A stretch of 64,000 nt of DNA, from the NCBI GenBank assembly GCA_963716175.1, contig OY970296.1, positions 1,792,001 to 1,856,000 of the forward strand. Direction: 5' to 3'. Under the pieces are notes generated by a model. It was not told the origin of the DNA. It saw nothing but the letters and a program-made list of their open reading frames with translations, and did not search any database. Shown here one piece after another: positions 50,048 through 59,426 of this stretch; positions within the stretch are counted from its first letter, which is position 1; every line of letters begins with the position of its first letter. The DNA comes from an uncultured Armatimonadetes bacterium. Its GTDB lineage: Bacteria > Armatimonadota > Hebobacteria > Hebobacterales > Hebobacteraceae. Made by a program: the position numbers and the translations under genes.

Positions 50048-50881
50048 GTGAAGGATGTAGCAGCCAGCGCTGACACGCGTGGGATCACGGTTCAGCTGGT
50101 CGGGGTGAAGGACGTGCATCTGCCAGTTCGCGTCCGCCGCAAGGGTGCGGGATTCGACAGCGTGCTGGCCCGCATTGAGCTGGGGGTGGAGTTGCCGCAT
50201 CACTTCCGCGGCACCCACATGAGCCGCTTCGTGGACATCCTCTTCCGCTGGAGCCAGAAGCCGATCAGCAAGCCCGACCTGAAGGAGATGCTGCGGGAGG
50301 CCTGCGAGCGACTGGAGGCCCGCCGCGCGCAGATCGCGGTGGACTTCAAGTACTTCATCAATAAGCGGGCCCCGGTGAGCCGGAGTGAGAGCGCGCTCGA
50401 TTACGACTGCCGGTTCGAGGGCGTGCTGGAGGGGGAGGACTACCAGTTCACCCTGGGCGTGGAGGTGCCGGTCACCATCTGCTGCCCTTGCAGCAAGGAG
50501 ATTTCTCGCTATGGCGCTCATAGCCAGCGCGCCGTGATCAAGGCCAGGCTGCGCTATCGGCCGGATGTGATGGTGTGGATCGAGGATCTGGTGTCCATGC
50601 TCGAGAGCCAGGGCAGTGCTGAGATCTTCACTCTGCTGAAGCGGGAAGATGAGAAGTTCGTGACTGAGGCCGCCTACAAAGCCAGCAAGTTCGTGGAGGA
50701 CGTGGTGCGGGACGCGGTCGGGCTGCTGCGCGCCGACCCTCGCGTCACCTGGTTTCAGTTGAGCTGTGAGAGCCTGGAATCTATCCACAACCATACGGTG
50801 TATGCCTTCCAAGAGGAGAAGGTGCGGAGCGCCAGCGCGGCCCAGGCCGCACAGGGGGCGGAGGCGAGCGAGGGAGCATGA
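50048..50881 (+). CDS. folE2: GTP cyclohydrolase IB
   Basis: RGTHMSRF, CPCSKEIS..GAHSQR, LKREDEK.VTE, FVED, ESIHNH motifs. Confidence 0.95.
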   Translation: MKDVAASADTRGITVQLVGVKDVHLPVRVRRKGAGFDSVLARIELGVELPHHFRGTHMSRFVDILFRWSQKPISKPDLKEMLREACERLEARRAQIAVDFKYFINKRAPVSRSESALDYDCRFEGVLEGEDYQFTLGVEVPVTICCPCSKEISRYGAHSQRAVIKARLRYRPDVMVWIEDLVSMLESQGSAEIFTLLKREDEKFVTEAAYKASKFVEDVVRDAVGLLRADPRVTWFQLSCESLESIHNHTVYAFQEEKVRSASAAQAAQGAEASEGA

Positions 50882-51819
50882 GCGCGGTGCCTTCCCACAA
50901 GGTCACCGTCATCGGCGGCGCCGGGCGCGTGGGCGCCACCACCTGCTATGCGCTGCAACTGGGCCGCACCTGCCACGAGATCGTGCTCGTGGACGCGGCC
51001 GCCGAGGCCGCCCACGGCGAGGCCCTCGACCTGACCCACGGCCGCGCCGCGGCCGGCGGGCCCAGCATTCGCGCCGGTGATTACGGAGCAGTCAGCGGCT
51101 CTGATGTGGTGGTGGTGACGGCCGGGCTGCGGCGTCGGCCCGAGGAGTCGCGGCTCCACCTGATCGAGCGCAACGCCGCCCTCTTCCGGGAGATCATCGG
51201 GAACCTGAGAAGCTGCGACCTGGCGCTCGACACCGTATTGCTGGTGGTGACCAATCCCGTAGACGTCTTGACCTATCTGGCGGCCACGGAGCTGGGGTGG
51301 CCACCCCGGCGCGCCATCGGCCTGGGCACAGTGCTCGACACCCTGCGGTTCCGCTCTCTGCTGGCAGAGCGATTGGGGCTGGAGCCGACCAAGGTAGAGG
51401 GTTACATCCTGGGCGAGCACGGCGACTCCATGGTGCCGATCTTCTCCTCCCTCCGCTATGACGGCGCGCCCATCTCATCTGCGCGCGGCTATTCCCGGGA
51501 GGCGGTCCAGGAGGCCTTCACCGCCACTCACGGCGCGGGGGCGCAGGCGCTGCGGCTCAAGGGCGGCGCCGGCTATGCCGTGGGACTCGCAGTGCGGGAG
51601 GTGGTGACGGCGATACTGGAGGACCGGGGCGAAGTGGTGCCCGTCTCGACCCTTCACGTCGCCGGGGAGTTCGCAGGGGTGGCGTTCAGCCTCCCGACCC
51701 GGGTGGGCCGGCAGGGAGTGCAGGAAGTGCTGTCCCTCCCCATGTCGGAGGAGGAGCACAAGGGATTGCTCCACAGCGCCGAAGTGCTCCGCGAGACCAT
51801 CGCCAGCCTGCACCCGTAG
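50878..51819 (+). CDS. LDH-like malate/lactate dehydrogenase
   Basis: GGAGRVG, TAGLRRRP..SR, TNPVD, LDTLR, GEHGDS. Arg at the specificity position suggests malate. Confidence 0.88.
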   Translation: MSAVPSHKVTVIGGAGRVGATTCYALQLGRTCHEIVLVDAAAEAAHGEALDLTHGRAAAGGPSIRAGDYGAVSGSDVVVVTAGLRRRPEESRLHLIERNAALFREIIGNLRSCDLALDTVLLVVTNPVDVLTYLAATELGWPPRRAIGLGTVLDTLRFRSLLAERLGLEPTKVEGYILGEHGDSMVPIFSSLRYDGAPISSARGYSREAVQEAFTATHGAGAQALRLKGGAGYAVGLAVREVVTAILEDRGEVVPVSTLHVAGEFAGVAFSLPTRVGRQGVQEVLSLPMSEEEHKGLLHSAEVLRETIASLHP

Positions 51820-51877
51820 CGCGGGCATTCCCGCCAGAGGCGGGTGAACCCATGCCCGCCATCTGAGGAGGCCGCCC

Positions 51878-52534
51878 ATGAAGATCAAGTTCCTCGGCCA
51901 TGCCGCCTTTCTCATCACCACCATGGACGGCACCAAGATCGTGACCGATCCCTATGAGCCCGGCGGGTTCGGCGGGGGAATCGGCTACGGGCCCCTGAAG
52001 GAGCCGGCCGACATTGTGGTGGTGAGCCACGACCATGCCGATCATAACTACGTGAAGATGGTGCCTGGCAACCCATTGGTGGTCAAGGAAGCTGGCGAGG
52101 TGACCCACCGCGGAGTCGTGTTCCGCTCCCTGGCCACCTACCATGATGCCAGCCGCGGTGTAGAGCGGGGTCGGAACATAGTGCGGGCGTTCACGGCCGA
52201 TGGGATCACGATCTGCCATCTGGGGGACCTGGGAGTGGTGCTGACGTCGCAGGATGCCACCGCCCTGGGCCCCGTTGATGTGCTCATGATTCCGGTGGGC
52301 GGCCTCTTCACCATTGATCACCAGGGCGCGACCACCGTGATCGGCAATCTCCGCCCCCGCATCGCCATCCCTATGCACTACAAGACGCCCAAGGTGGGCT
52401 TCAGCCTGGCCCCAGTGGACGACTTCCTGACGGGCAAGCCCCGCGTGCGCCGGGTGAAGGGATCCGAGATCGAGGTCACCAAGGACAACCTCCCCGAGCC
52501 CACCGAGATCGTGGTGCTGCAAGCGGCCCTCTAG
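51878..52534 (+). CDS. MBL-fold metallo-hydrolase
   Basis: GHAAF, SHDHADH, HLGDLG, IPMHY motifs. Confidence 0.9.
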   Translation: MKIKFLGHAAFLITTMDGTKIVTDPYEPGGFGGGIGYGPLKEPADIVVVSHDHADHNYVKMVPGNPLVVKEAGEVTHRGVVFRSLATYHDASRGVERGRNIVRAFTADGITICHLGDLGVVLTSQDATALGPVDVLMIPVGGLFTIDHQGATTVIGNLRPRIAIPMHYKTPKVGFSLAPVDDFLTGKPRVRRVKGSEIEVTKDNLPEPTEIVVLQAAL

Positions 52535-52659
52535 GGCGACGACGGCCCTGTGGCGCTCCGGGGCAATCGGCAGGGGAGCTGCTCCACCCCAGGTCAGAGC
52601 AGGGAACCCGGGCTGGCCCGCAGAACCACAAGGTCAACCGGTGCCAGGGAGGGGCCGAG

Positions 52660-53415
52660 ATGCAGGTCGGGCCTGGGATTTACCGCGCGGAATCGGCCGG
52701 GGAGGTCATTTACGCGCTCGACTGCGCCGGTGCCCTTGGGCAGGCCAAGGGTGCGGCCTTCGGGCTGGTAGATGTGGGCAGCGCTGGCGCGCTCGCTGGC
52801 AAGCTGGACCAGTTCCAGGCGGACGGAGTGGGGCTGGACAAGATCGCCGCCATCTTCATCACCCACCACCATTCCGACCACTGCCAGGCCCTGGCGCGCA
52901 TCCGACAGGACTTATCTCCCCGCGTCGTGGCCCACCGCCTGGCAGTGGAGCGCCTGAGCCATTGCACCGCCTCCGAGCCCATCGCGCGGGAATTGGTGGA
53001 CTACACCGTGGACGAGGGCGACGGGGTGGAACTGGGTGAGATCAAGTTGGAGGTCCACCACCTGCCCGGGCATACGGCCGACTCCATCGCCTGGCAGCTT
53101 GGCCAGCACCTCTTCACCGGCGATGTCTTCTTCCCCGATGGCGGGATCGGGTGGATGGACGTCCACTGGGGCTCCTGCGTGAGCGATTACCGCGCTTCGC
53201 TGCTGCGACTGCCCAGGCTCAAGGTGAAGACTATCTATCCCGGTCATCGGGACCCGGGCCCAATCACCCGCCAGGGTGTAGACGAGGCGCTGCGAAGACT
53301 CAACCTCCTGGCGGAGGCCGACGGCAGCCCGCTCGCTCACCTGGGCCGGCCCGCGCCGCGCCGCCGCTCTGATGAGCCAGCCAAACTGATCCGGCTCTCG
53401 GTCCCTGGTGTCTAG
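52660..53415 (+). CDS. MBL-fold metallo-hydrolase
   Basis: THHHSDH, PGHT, FTGD, PGH motifs. Confidence 0.88.
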   Translation: MQVGPGIYRAESAGEVIYALDCAGALGQAKGAAFGLVDVGSAGALAGKLDQFQADGVGLDKIAAIFITHHHSDHCQALARIRQDLSPRVVAHRLAVERLSHCTASEPIARELVDYTVDEGDGVELGEIKLEVHHLPGHTADSIAWQLGQHLFTGDVFFPDGGIGWMDVHWGSCVSDYRASLLRLPRLKVKTIYPGHRDPGPITRQGVDEALRRLNLLAEADGSPLAHLGRPAPRRRSDEPAKLIRLSVPGV

Positions 53416-55036
53416 CCGCCGCGAAATCCGGATCTGCAAGCACCTCTCTCCTGATGCCCTCGACCTGGCCGGATTCGCCCTCGCGGTGCTGCTGTTTGGC
53501 GCGCTAGCTCTCCGTCAACTGCACCTGCCCGGCCTCTATCAGGATGAGGCCTACGATGCCGCGGCCGCGGTCCGCCTGCTGCAAGGCAGGAGCTGGGACT
53601 ACACCCTCCTGCCCGGCCGCCTCAACCTGCCCCTGATGGTTATGGATCACGTGGGCCCCACCTCAACCTATCTCTTGCTTCCATTTCTGGAGGCCTTCGG
53701 CATTGGAGCGATGGCGGTACGGGTCTATGAGTTAGCGGTGGGGCTGGCCGCGCTGGCGCTGGCCTTCTGCTGGATGCGGCGAGTGCTTCCGGCGGGGACG
53801 GCCTGGGCCGCCGCCCTGTTGCTGGCGGCCAGCCCGAGCTTCTGGCTCGCCTGTCGGAACGGAATCCACGTCTCCTTCGTCATGGTGCCGATCGCACTGG
53901 GCGCGCTCATCTGCTGCGACCGCTGGTGGCGGAACCAGGCCCGGGTGGCTTGGCTCTATGCGGGCGCATTTCTCCTCGGGCTCGGGCTAGCGTCCAAGAT
54001 CCTTTTTCTCTGGTTCATCATCGCACTGGCTGTGGGCGTCGCGCTCGCCAGAAGGCAGGCCTTCTCCCGTCTCCGCCGTCGCCAGGTGGCCGTGGGCGCG
54101 TTCTGGTTCGCGATCGGGGCTGCGCCTCTGCTGATCTTCAATCTGCTGTCTCGCGGCCTCACCCTGCGTACGATGCTGGAGGGCCTCAGGACTACGCCCT
54201 ATGGCGTCCACAATGCCGCCTTCCTCGCTAACCTGCACACCCAGCTCCACTCGTTCGCTTCTCTCCTCGGCGGGAGCTGGCTTACCTGGACCGGAGCTGC
54301 GCCCTACGACCCGGCAGCGGTGTGGCTGTTCACAGCCTCAGCCATCTTGCTACTCCTCTGCTGGCGCTCCACCAGTCGCCGCCTGCTCTTCTGCCTGCTT
54401 GCGGTGCTGGTGATATTGGTTGAGAGTTGTTTCACGATCAGCACGCTGGGGCCAAAGCACCTCGTTATCATGCTCCCTTTGCCCCAGGTCATCACCGTCG
54501 GGGCGATCGCTGCCGCCTGGCGTCGCCGGGCGCACCGGCTATTCCGCGCTGCCTTCATGGCGCTGATCGCGCTGGCTGCCCTTGGGTTCGGATGGGATCT
54601 GCACAGCGATTGCCGTTACCACCGCGCGCTCGCCGCCACTGGCGGCGTGGGGCAGTTCTCCTATGCGCACAATCAGCTCGCCGACTTTCTGGTCGCACAT
54701 CGGGTCTGGCGCCCGTTGGCCGGCGACTGGGGCTTCGCCTCCAACCTGGAGGTGCTCTCCGCTGGCAGAGTGAGGGTGCGCCAGATCTTCGAGCTGACCG
54801 AGCCCCCACCTTACGCCTTCACGAGAATGGAGGCGCGTCGGACCCTGGGGCAGGCCGGGAGCGTCTATCTCTTTCATGCCGAAGGCATTGCGGCCGCGCC
54901 CGGCCGCCGCCAGGCAGTGGATCAGGTGGCCGCACAAATGCGCCTCCGACTCGTCGCACTCGCCACCTTCGCTGACGGCCTGGGCCGGCCGGTGATCCTG
55001 GTGGAGCGGCCCGAACCTGCGAGAGAGAAGCGGTGA
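53408..55036 (+). CDS. GT-C fold (GT39/GT83-like) membrane glycosyltransferase
   Basis: PGLYQDEA motif after TM1, many TM segments, GLGL.SK. Confidence 0.8.
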   Translation: MSSRREIRICKHLSPDALDLAGFALAVLLFGALALRQLHLPGLYQDEAYDAAAAVRLLQGRSWDYTLLPGRLNLPLMVMDHVGPTSTYLLLPFLEAFGIGAMAVRVYELAVGLAALALAFCWMRRVLPAGTAWAAALLLAASPSFWLACRNGIHVSFVMVPIALGALICCDRWWRNQARVAWLYAGAFLLGLGLASKILFLWFIIALAVGVALARRQAFSRLRRRQVAVGAFWFAIGAAPLLIFNLLSRGLTLRTMLEGLRTTPYGVHNAAFLANLHTQLHSFASLLGGSWLTWTGAAPYDPAAVWLFTASAILLLLCWRSTSRRLLFCLLAVLVILVESCFTISTLGPKHLVIMLPLPQVITVGAIAAAWRRRAHRLFRAAFMALIALAALGFGWDLHSDCRYHRALAATGGVGQFSYAHNQLADFLVAHRVWRPLAGDWGFASNLEVLSAGRVRVRQIFELTEPPPYAFTRMEARRTLGQAGSVYLFHAEGIAAAPGRRQAVDQVAAQMRLRLVALATFADGLGRPVILVERPEPAREKR

Positions 55037-55074
55037 TCTCTGCGGCTGGGAGCAGAGCGCGGCCGCGGCGAGCG

Positions 55075-55103
55075 TTGACGCCGCCTGCGGTTTTCAGTAA
55101 CAT
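55075..55103 (+). promoter_or_regulatory. Putative sigma70 promoter of bcd-etf
   Basis: TTGACG-N17-TAACAT. Confidence 0.55.
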
Positions 55104-55204
55104 CAAACCGGGCGGGCGTGTCCACGCTCGCCGCCTTCATTGGTAGGGCAGGCCTGGGGCCTGCCATCGCGACATGCCCCTGGGGCCAGGAGGTGGGTGA
55201 CGGG

Positions 55205-56353
55205 ATGGACTTCACCTTCAACGAGGATCAGGCGGCGATCTTGCAGGCGGTCAGAGAGTTTGCCGACGGTGAGCTCGCGCCCAAAGCCAAGGAGACCGAT
55301 GAGGCCGGGGTGTGGCCGGCCGAGAATGTGCGCAAGCTAGCCGAGCTGGACCTGATGGGCATTCCGGTGCCGGAGCAGTACGGCGGCCTGGGGATGGACT
55401 TCCTCACCTGGGCCGCGGTGGGGGAAGAGCTCTCCCGCGCCTGCACCACCACCGGCGCGGTCTACGGGGCCCATGTGCTGTGCGTCTACCCCATCATGAC
55501 CTTTGGCAGCGAGGGGCAGAAGGCGAAGTACCTGACCCCTCTCGCTCGGGGCGAGAAGATCGGCGCCTTCGGGCTGACTGAGCCTGGGGCCGGGTCGGAT
55601 GCGGCGGCGGTGAGCACCCGGGCCGAGCGGGACGGCGACAACTACGTGCTGAATGGCACCAAGATCTTCATCTCCAATGGCGGCGAAGCGGAGACCTATG
55701 TCATCATTGCCAATGTGGATCCTAAGCGCGGCGCCCGCGGGATGACTGCTTTCATTGTGGAAAAGGGCACGCCCGGCTTCACCTTCGGCAAAGATGAGAA
55801 GAAGATGGCCTATCCCTCCCTGCCCAACCGGGAGCTGGTCTTCACCGACTGCCGGGTGCCCAACGAGAACCTGCTGGGGCGGGAGAAGGGCGGCTTCCTG
55901 GTGGCGATGCGCACCCTGGGGGTGGGCCGTATCGGCATGGCGATCGGGGCGGTGGGGGTGGCCCGCGCCGCGCTGGAGGCGGCGATACCTTACGCCAAGC
56001 AGCGGCAGCAGTTCGGCAAGCCCATCTCCAGCTTCCAGGCCATCCAGTTCATGCTCGCGGACATGGCCACTGAGATAGATGCCGCCCGCTTGCTAACCTG
56101 GCGAGCGGCCTGGCTCAAGGACCAGGGCCAGCCTTTTGAGAAGGAAGCGGCCATGGCCAAGCTCTATGCCGCCGAGACCGCCATGCGCGTCACCACCAAG
56201 GCGGTGCAGATCTTCGGCGGCTATGGCTACACGAAGGAGTTCCCGGTGGAGCGCTACATGCGGGAGGCGAAGCTCTTCGAGATCGTCGAGGGCACCTCGG
56301 AGATTCAACGCCTGGTGATCGCCAACCAGGTGCTGCGGGGGTCGGGCGGGTGA
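55205..56353 (+). CDS. Acyl-CoA dehydrogenase (Bcd/CarC-like)
   Basis: FGLTEPGAGSD, NGTKIFISN, RQQFGKPI..FQ, FGGYGY, EGTSEIQR motifs. Confidence 0.95.
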   Translation: MDFTFNEDQAAILQAVREFADGELAPKAKETDEAGVWPAENVRKLAELDLMGIPVPEQYGGLGMDFLTWAAVGEELSRACTTTGAVYGAHVLCVYPIMTFGSEGQKAKYLTPLARGEKIGAFGLTEPGAGSDAAAVSTRAERDGDNYVLNGTKIFISNGGEAETYVIIANVDPKRGARGMTAFIVEKGTPGFTFGKDEKKMAYPSLPNRELVFTDCRVPNENLLGREKGGFLVAMRTLGVGRIGMAIGAVGVARAALEAAIPYAKQRQQFGKPISSFQAIQFMLADMATEIDAARLLTWRAAWLKDQGQPFEKEAAMAKLYAAETAMRVTTKAVQIFGGYGYTKEFPVERYMREAKLFEIVEGTSEIQRLVIANQVLRGSGG

Positions 56354-58599
56354 ACTACGAGAGGAACCTCCTCGCTGTTAGGGAGCCGCGAGGGAAAAAG
56401 GTCCGCGGCCCAATGGATGGGCCGGGTGCAGAATCACAATGCCCATAACACCTGAGCAGAGGCAGCTGGCAGAGACGCGACAGTGGGCAGCAGCGCAGGA
56501 CAACGCGCCCCAGATCCGAGTGGTTGGTGGCCCTGGCACCGGCAAGTCGCATACTATCGAAAAGCGGGTAGCCAATCTCCTACAGAACGGTGCGACGGCG
56601 GGCAACGTCTATGTCATCTCCTTCACGCGAGCCGCGTGCGCCGAATTACGCCATCGCATACGGGCATACTGCAGCCAGTTGCCCGTCGCTGCCGCGGCGC
56701 TTCAAGTGAGAGTCTCGACCATGCATTCGCTGGCGCTGCGAATCCTGCGGCAAGGCAATCTGCTCACTGCGTATCCGAGCACCCCTGTCATCCTGGACGA
56801 CTGGGAGCAGCGCAGCGTCTACGACAGGGAACTCGCAGCTTCCATCGGCTGTACCCCCGGGCGTGCTACAGAGATACGGATCGCACACGATGCCCAATGG
56901 CAGACTCTGGATGCGACGCATCTGAATCAGGCCCAGATCACGCCTGCTGAGGTGCAGACGTTCAACGCATTCCACGCCGCTCGGACAAATCTGTATAGCT
57001 GTGTCCTTCCAGGCGAAGTCATCTACAAGTGTGTCGAGGCGCTTCAGCAAGGCGCGTTGCAGCCCCAACAGATGCCACACACTGACCACCTCATCGTTGA
57101 TGAATACCAGGACCTCAACGCATGCGACCAGGAATTCGTAAGGCTCCTGTGTGGATTCGGCGCTACCCTGTTCATCGCTGGAGATGACGACCAGAGCATT
57201 TACTCCTTCCGGCATGCTCATCCCGATGGTATAGTGCAGTTCTCTTGTGCATATCCAGCATGCGCCACCCACGTGTTGACTGACTGCTTCCGCTGTACCC
57301 CCGCCATTCTCAGTCCGGCATGCCAACTGATTGCCTTCAACCCAGTCCGCATCCCGAAGAACCTTACTCCGCTCTACGGTACAGCCGCGCCGCCGGTGCA
57401 GGGATGCCTGCAGGTCTGGTTGTTCCAGACCGCGCAAGAGGAAGCTCGTGCGATCGCGCAGTCGTGTCAGGCATTGATTGATGCAGGCATGGCTGGCCGC
57501 GAGGATGAGATTCTTGTGTTGATCTCGAACCGTCGAGTCCAACTGAAGGTGCTGCGCGACGAACTCGAGGCCGCAGGGGTACCCTACGACCCTCCTCGCG
57601 GTGGCAGCCTGGTTGACGAGTATGAACCGCTCAGGGCGGTGTATTCGCTTCTCAGGATCGCCAAGGACTGCGCAACCGGAGAACAGGACTACCCCGCCCA
57701 TCGAGATCTGCTAGGCGTTCTTTCCGGGGTCGGGCATGGCACGGCGAAGACAGTCGCAGACGCCTGCATCGACAACAACCAGAACTTCCGGGCTCTCTTT
57801 TACCTTCCAGTGTGTCCGAGCTGGCTTTCCGGCCGCGCCCGCTCTGCGATGGAGCGCGTGCCGGCCGTTGCTCAGACGGTCGACACGTGGAGTATGGACG
57901 ATACCTTGGCCAGTCGCGGTGATGCCGTAACAGAGATCCTGTCGTCGCAGGTGTTCACCTCTGGGAAGAGCGCTGCCGACAACATCGCGATGTGGACCAC
58001 CCTCACCGGCGCGCTCCCTCCCCAGATGACGCTTGACGAACTACTCCAGGTACTCGCGGCCGACACCGAATCCGACCGACAGGCGATACTCGACCTCGTT
58101 CAGCAGCGCATAGGAGTGGAAGAACCACAAGCCCCGGCCATGCCGAAGCGAGTCCGCATCTTGACAATGCATGGCGCGAAGGGACTGAGTGGCAAAGTGG
58201 TGTTCATACCATCGGCCGAGCAGGGAGTCATGCCGAGCTTCAAGGCGCTTCATGCGACAGGACTGCTTATTGAGCAGAGAAGGCTCTTCTACGTATCGGT
58301 CACTCGGGCGATGGCCTGCTGCATTGTCTCGCACGCCGCACAGCACAAAGGGCCGGCGGCCATGGCGCTTACGCAAAGCCCTGTCGCCCAGTTGCCGCGC
58401 TCCCAGTTCCTTAGCGAGATGGGCCTGGTGAGCGCTGCCCGGACCACTGGCCTTAGCGATGTAGAAGCCGGGGCGATCGTGGCTGACGTGAATAACCTAT
58501 GATGGACGCGAGAGGGCCAGAGATATGATGTACTGTGTGCCCACAAGCAGCCGATGTGGACCGGACTTCGCGAACGAGATGCGGTACCGGTGAACTTCG
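56349..58599. mobile_element. Inserted single-gene cassette bounded by direct repeats
   Basis: GGTGAACTACG (56349-56359) and GGTGAACTTCG (58589-58599); visibly lower GC and different codon usage than the flanks. Confidence 0.65.
56439..58502 (+). CDS. UvrD/Rep-family (SF1) ATP-dependent helicase
   Basis: GGPGTGKS, SFT, STMHS, VDEYQD, GDDDQSIYSFR, TMHGAKGL, RRLFYVSVTRA motifs. Confidence 0.92.
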   Translation: MPITPEQRQLAETRQWAAAQDNAPQIRVVGGPGTGKSHTIEKRVANLLQNGATAGNVYVISFTRAACAELRHRIRAYCSQLPVAAAALQVRVSTMHSLALRILRQGNLLTAYPSTPVILDDWEQRSVYDRELAASIGCTPGRATEIRIAHDAQWQTLDATHLNQAQITPAEVQTFNAFHAARTNLYSCVLPGEVIYKCVEALQQGALQPQQMPHTDHLIVDEYQDLNACDQEFVRLLCGFGATLFIAGDDDQSIYSFRHAHPDGIVQFSCAYPACATHVLTDCFRCTPAILSPACQLIAFNPVRIPKNLTPLYGTAAPPVQGCLQVWLFQTAQEEARAIAQSCQALIDAGMAGREDEILVLISNRRVQLKVLRDELEAAGVPYDPPRGGSLVDEYEPLRAVYSLLRIAKDCATGEQDYPAHRDLLGVLSGVGHGTAKTVADACIDNNQNFRALFYLPVCPSWLSGRARSAMERVPAVAQTVDTWSMDDTLASRGDAVTEILSSQVFTSGKSAADNIAMWTTLTGALPPQMTLDELLQVLAADTESDRQAILDLVQQRIGVEEPQAPAMPKRVRILTMHGAKGLSGKVVFIPSAEQGVMPSFKALHATGLLIEQRRLFYVSVTRAMACCIVSHAAQHKGPAAMALTQSPVAQLPRSQFLSEMGLVSAARTTGLSDVEAGAIVADVNNL

Positions 58600-59402
58600 T
58601 CGTCTGCATCAAGCAGGTCCCCGAGACCACCGAGGTCCGGGTGGACCCCAAGACTAATGCCCTCATCCGCGAGGGCGTGAAGAGCATCGTCAACCCCTTC
58701 GACGAGAACGCCATCGAGGCGGCGCTGCAGTTGAAGGAGGCTCATGGGGGCAAGGTCACCGTGATCACCATGGGTCCACCCCAGGCCGAGGAGGCGCTGC
58801 GGCAGGCGCTGGCGATGGGCGCGGACGAGGCGATATTGCTGACTGATCCCGCCTCCCGCGGGAGCGACACTCTCGCTACCTCCTACACCCTCGCCCAGAT
58901 GGTGCGCAAGACAGGCGACTTCGATCTCATCCTCTGCGGAAAGCAAGCGATTGATGGAGATACGGGCCAGGTGGGCCCGGGCCTGGCGGAAAGGCTGGGT
59001 ATCCCCCAGATCACCTTCGCCATCGGCTTGGAGATTGGGGATGGCAAGCCCGCCACACGGCCGGCGGGCAAGCTCCGCGCGCGGCGGGTGCTGGACGATT
59101 TCTTCGAGATCGTGGAGGTGAAGCTGCCGGCGCTGGTCACGGTGGTGAAGCAGATCAACGAGCCGCGCTATCCCGGCATGAGAAATGTGCTCAAGGCGAA
59201 GCGTGCCCAGATCACCAGGTGGTCGCTCGCCGACCTGGATGCCGACCCGACTCAGGCCGGCTTCGATGGCTCGCCCACCACCGTGATCAAGGTGTGGCCG
59301 CCGGAGAAGCGGGGCGGCGGCCAGAAGCTGGAAGGTTCCGTGGACGAGATGGTGGAGACGCTGGCCGAGGCCATCAAGAGACTGAACCTAGCTGTCGGCT
59401 AG
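58590..59402 (+). CDS. etfB: Electron transfer flavoprotein beta subunit
   Basis: VCIKQVP, NPFD..AIE, GKQAIDGDTGQVG, INEPRYP motifs. Confidence 0.95.
   Translation: MNFVVCIKQVPETTEVRVDPKTNALIREGVKSIVNPFDENAIEAALQLKEAHGGKVTVITMGPPQAEEALRQALAMGADEAILLTDPASRGSDTLATSYTLAQMVRKTGDFDLILCGKQAIDGDTGQVGPGLAERLGIPQITFAIGLEIGDGKPATRPAGKLRARRVLDDFFEIVEVKLPALVTVVKQINEPRYPGMRNVLKAKRAQITRWSLADLDADPTQAGFDGSPTTVIKVWPPEKRGGGQKLEGSVDEMVETLAEAIKRLNLAVG
59043..59073 (+). repeat. 24-nt in-frame hairpin insert in etfB with a GGCAAGC duplication
   Basis: GGCAAG-CCCGCC-ACACGGCC-GGCGGG-CAAGC, encoding GK-PATRPA-GK. Confidence 0.7.
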
Positions 59403-59426
59403 ACCCACCCCCGGAGATCAACCTCT

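Noticed and set aside
56439-58502. Complete Gabija system
   Set aside because: No OLD/TOPRIM GajA gene is adjacent.
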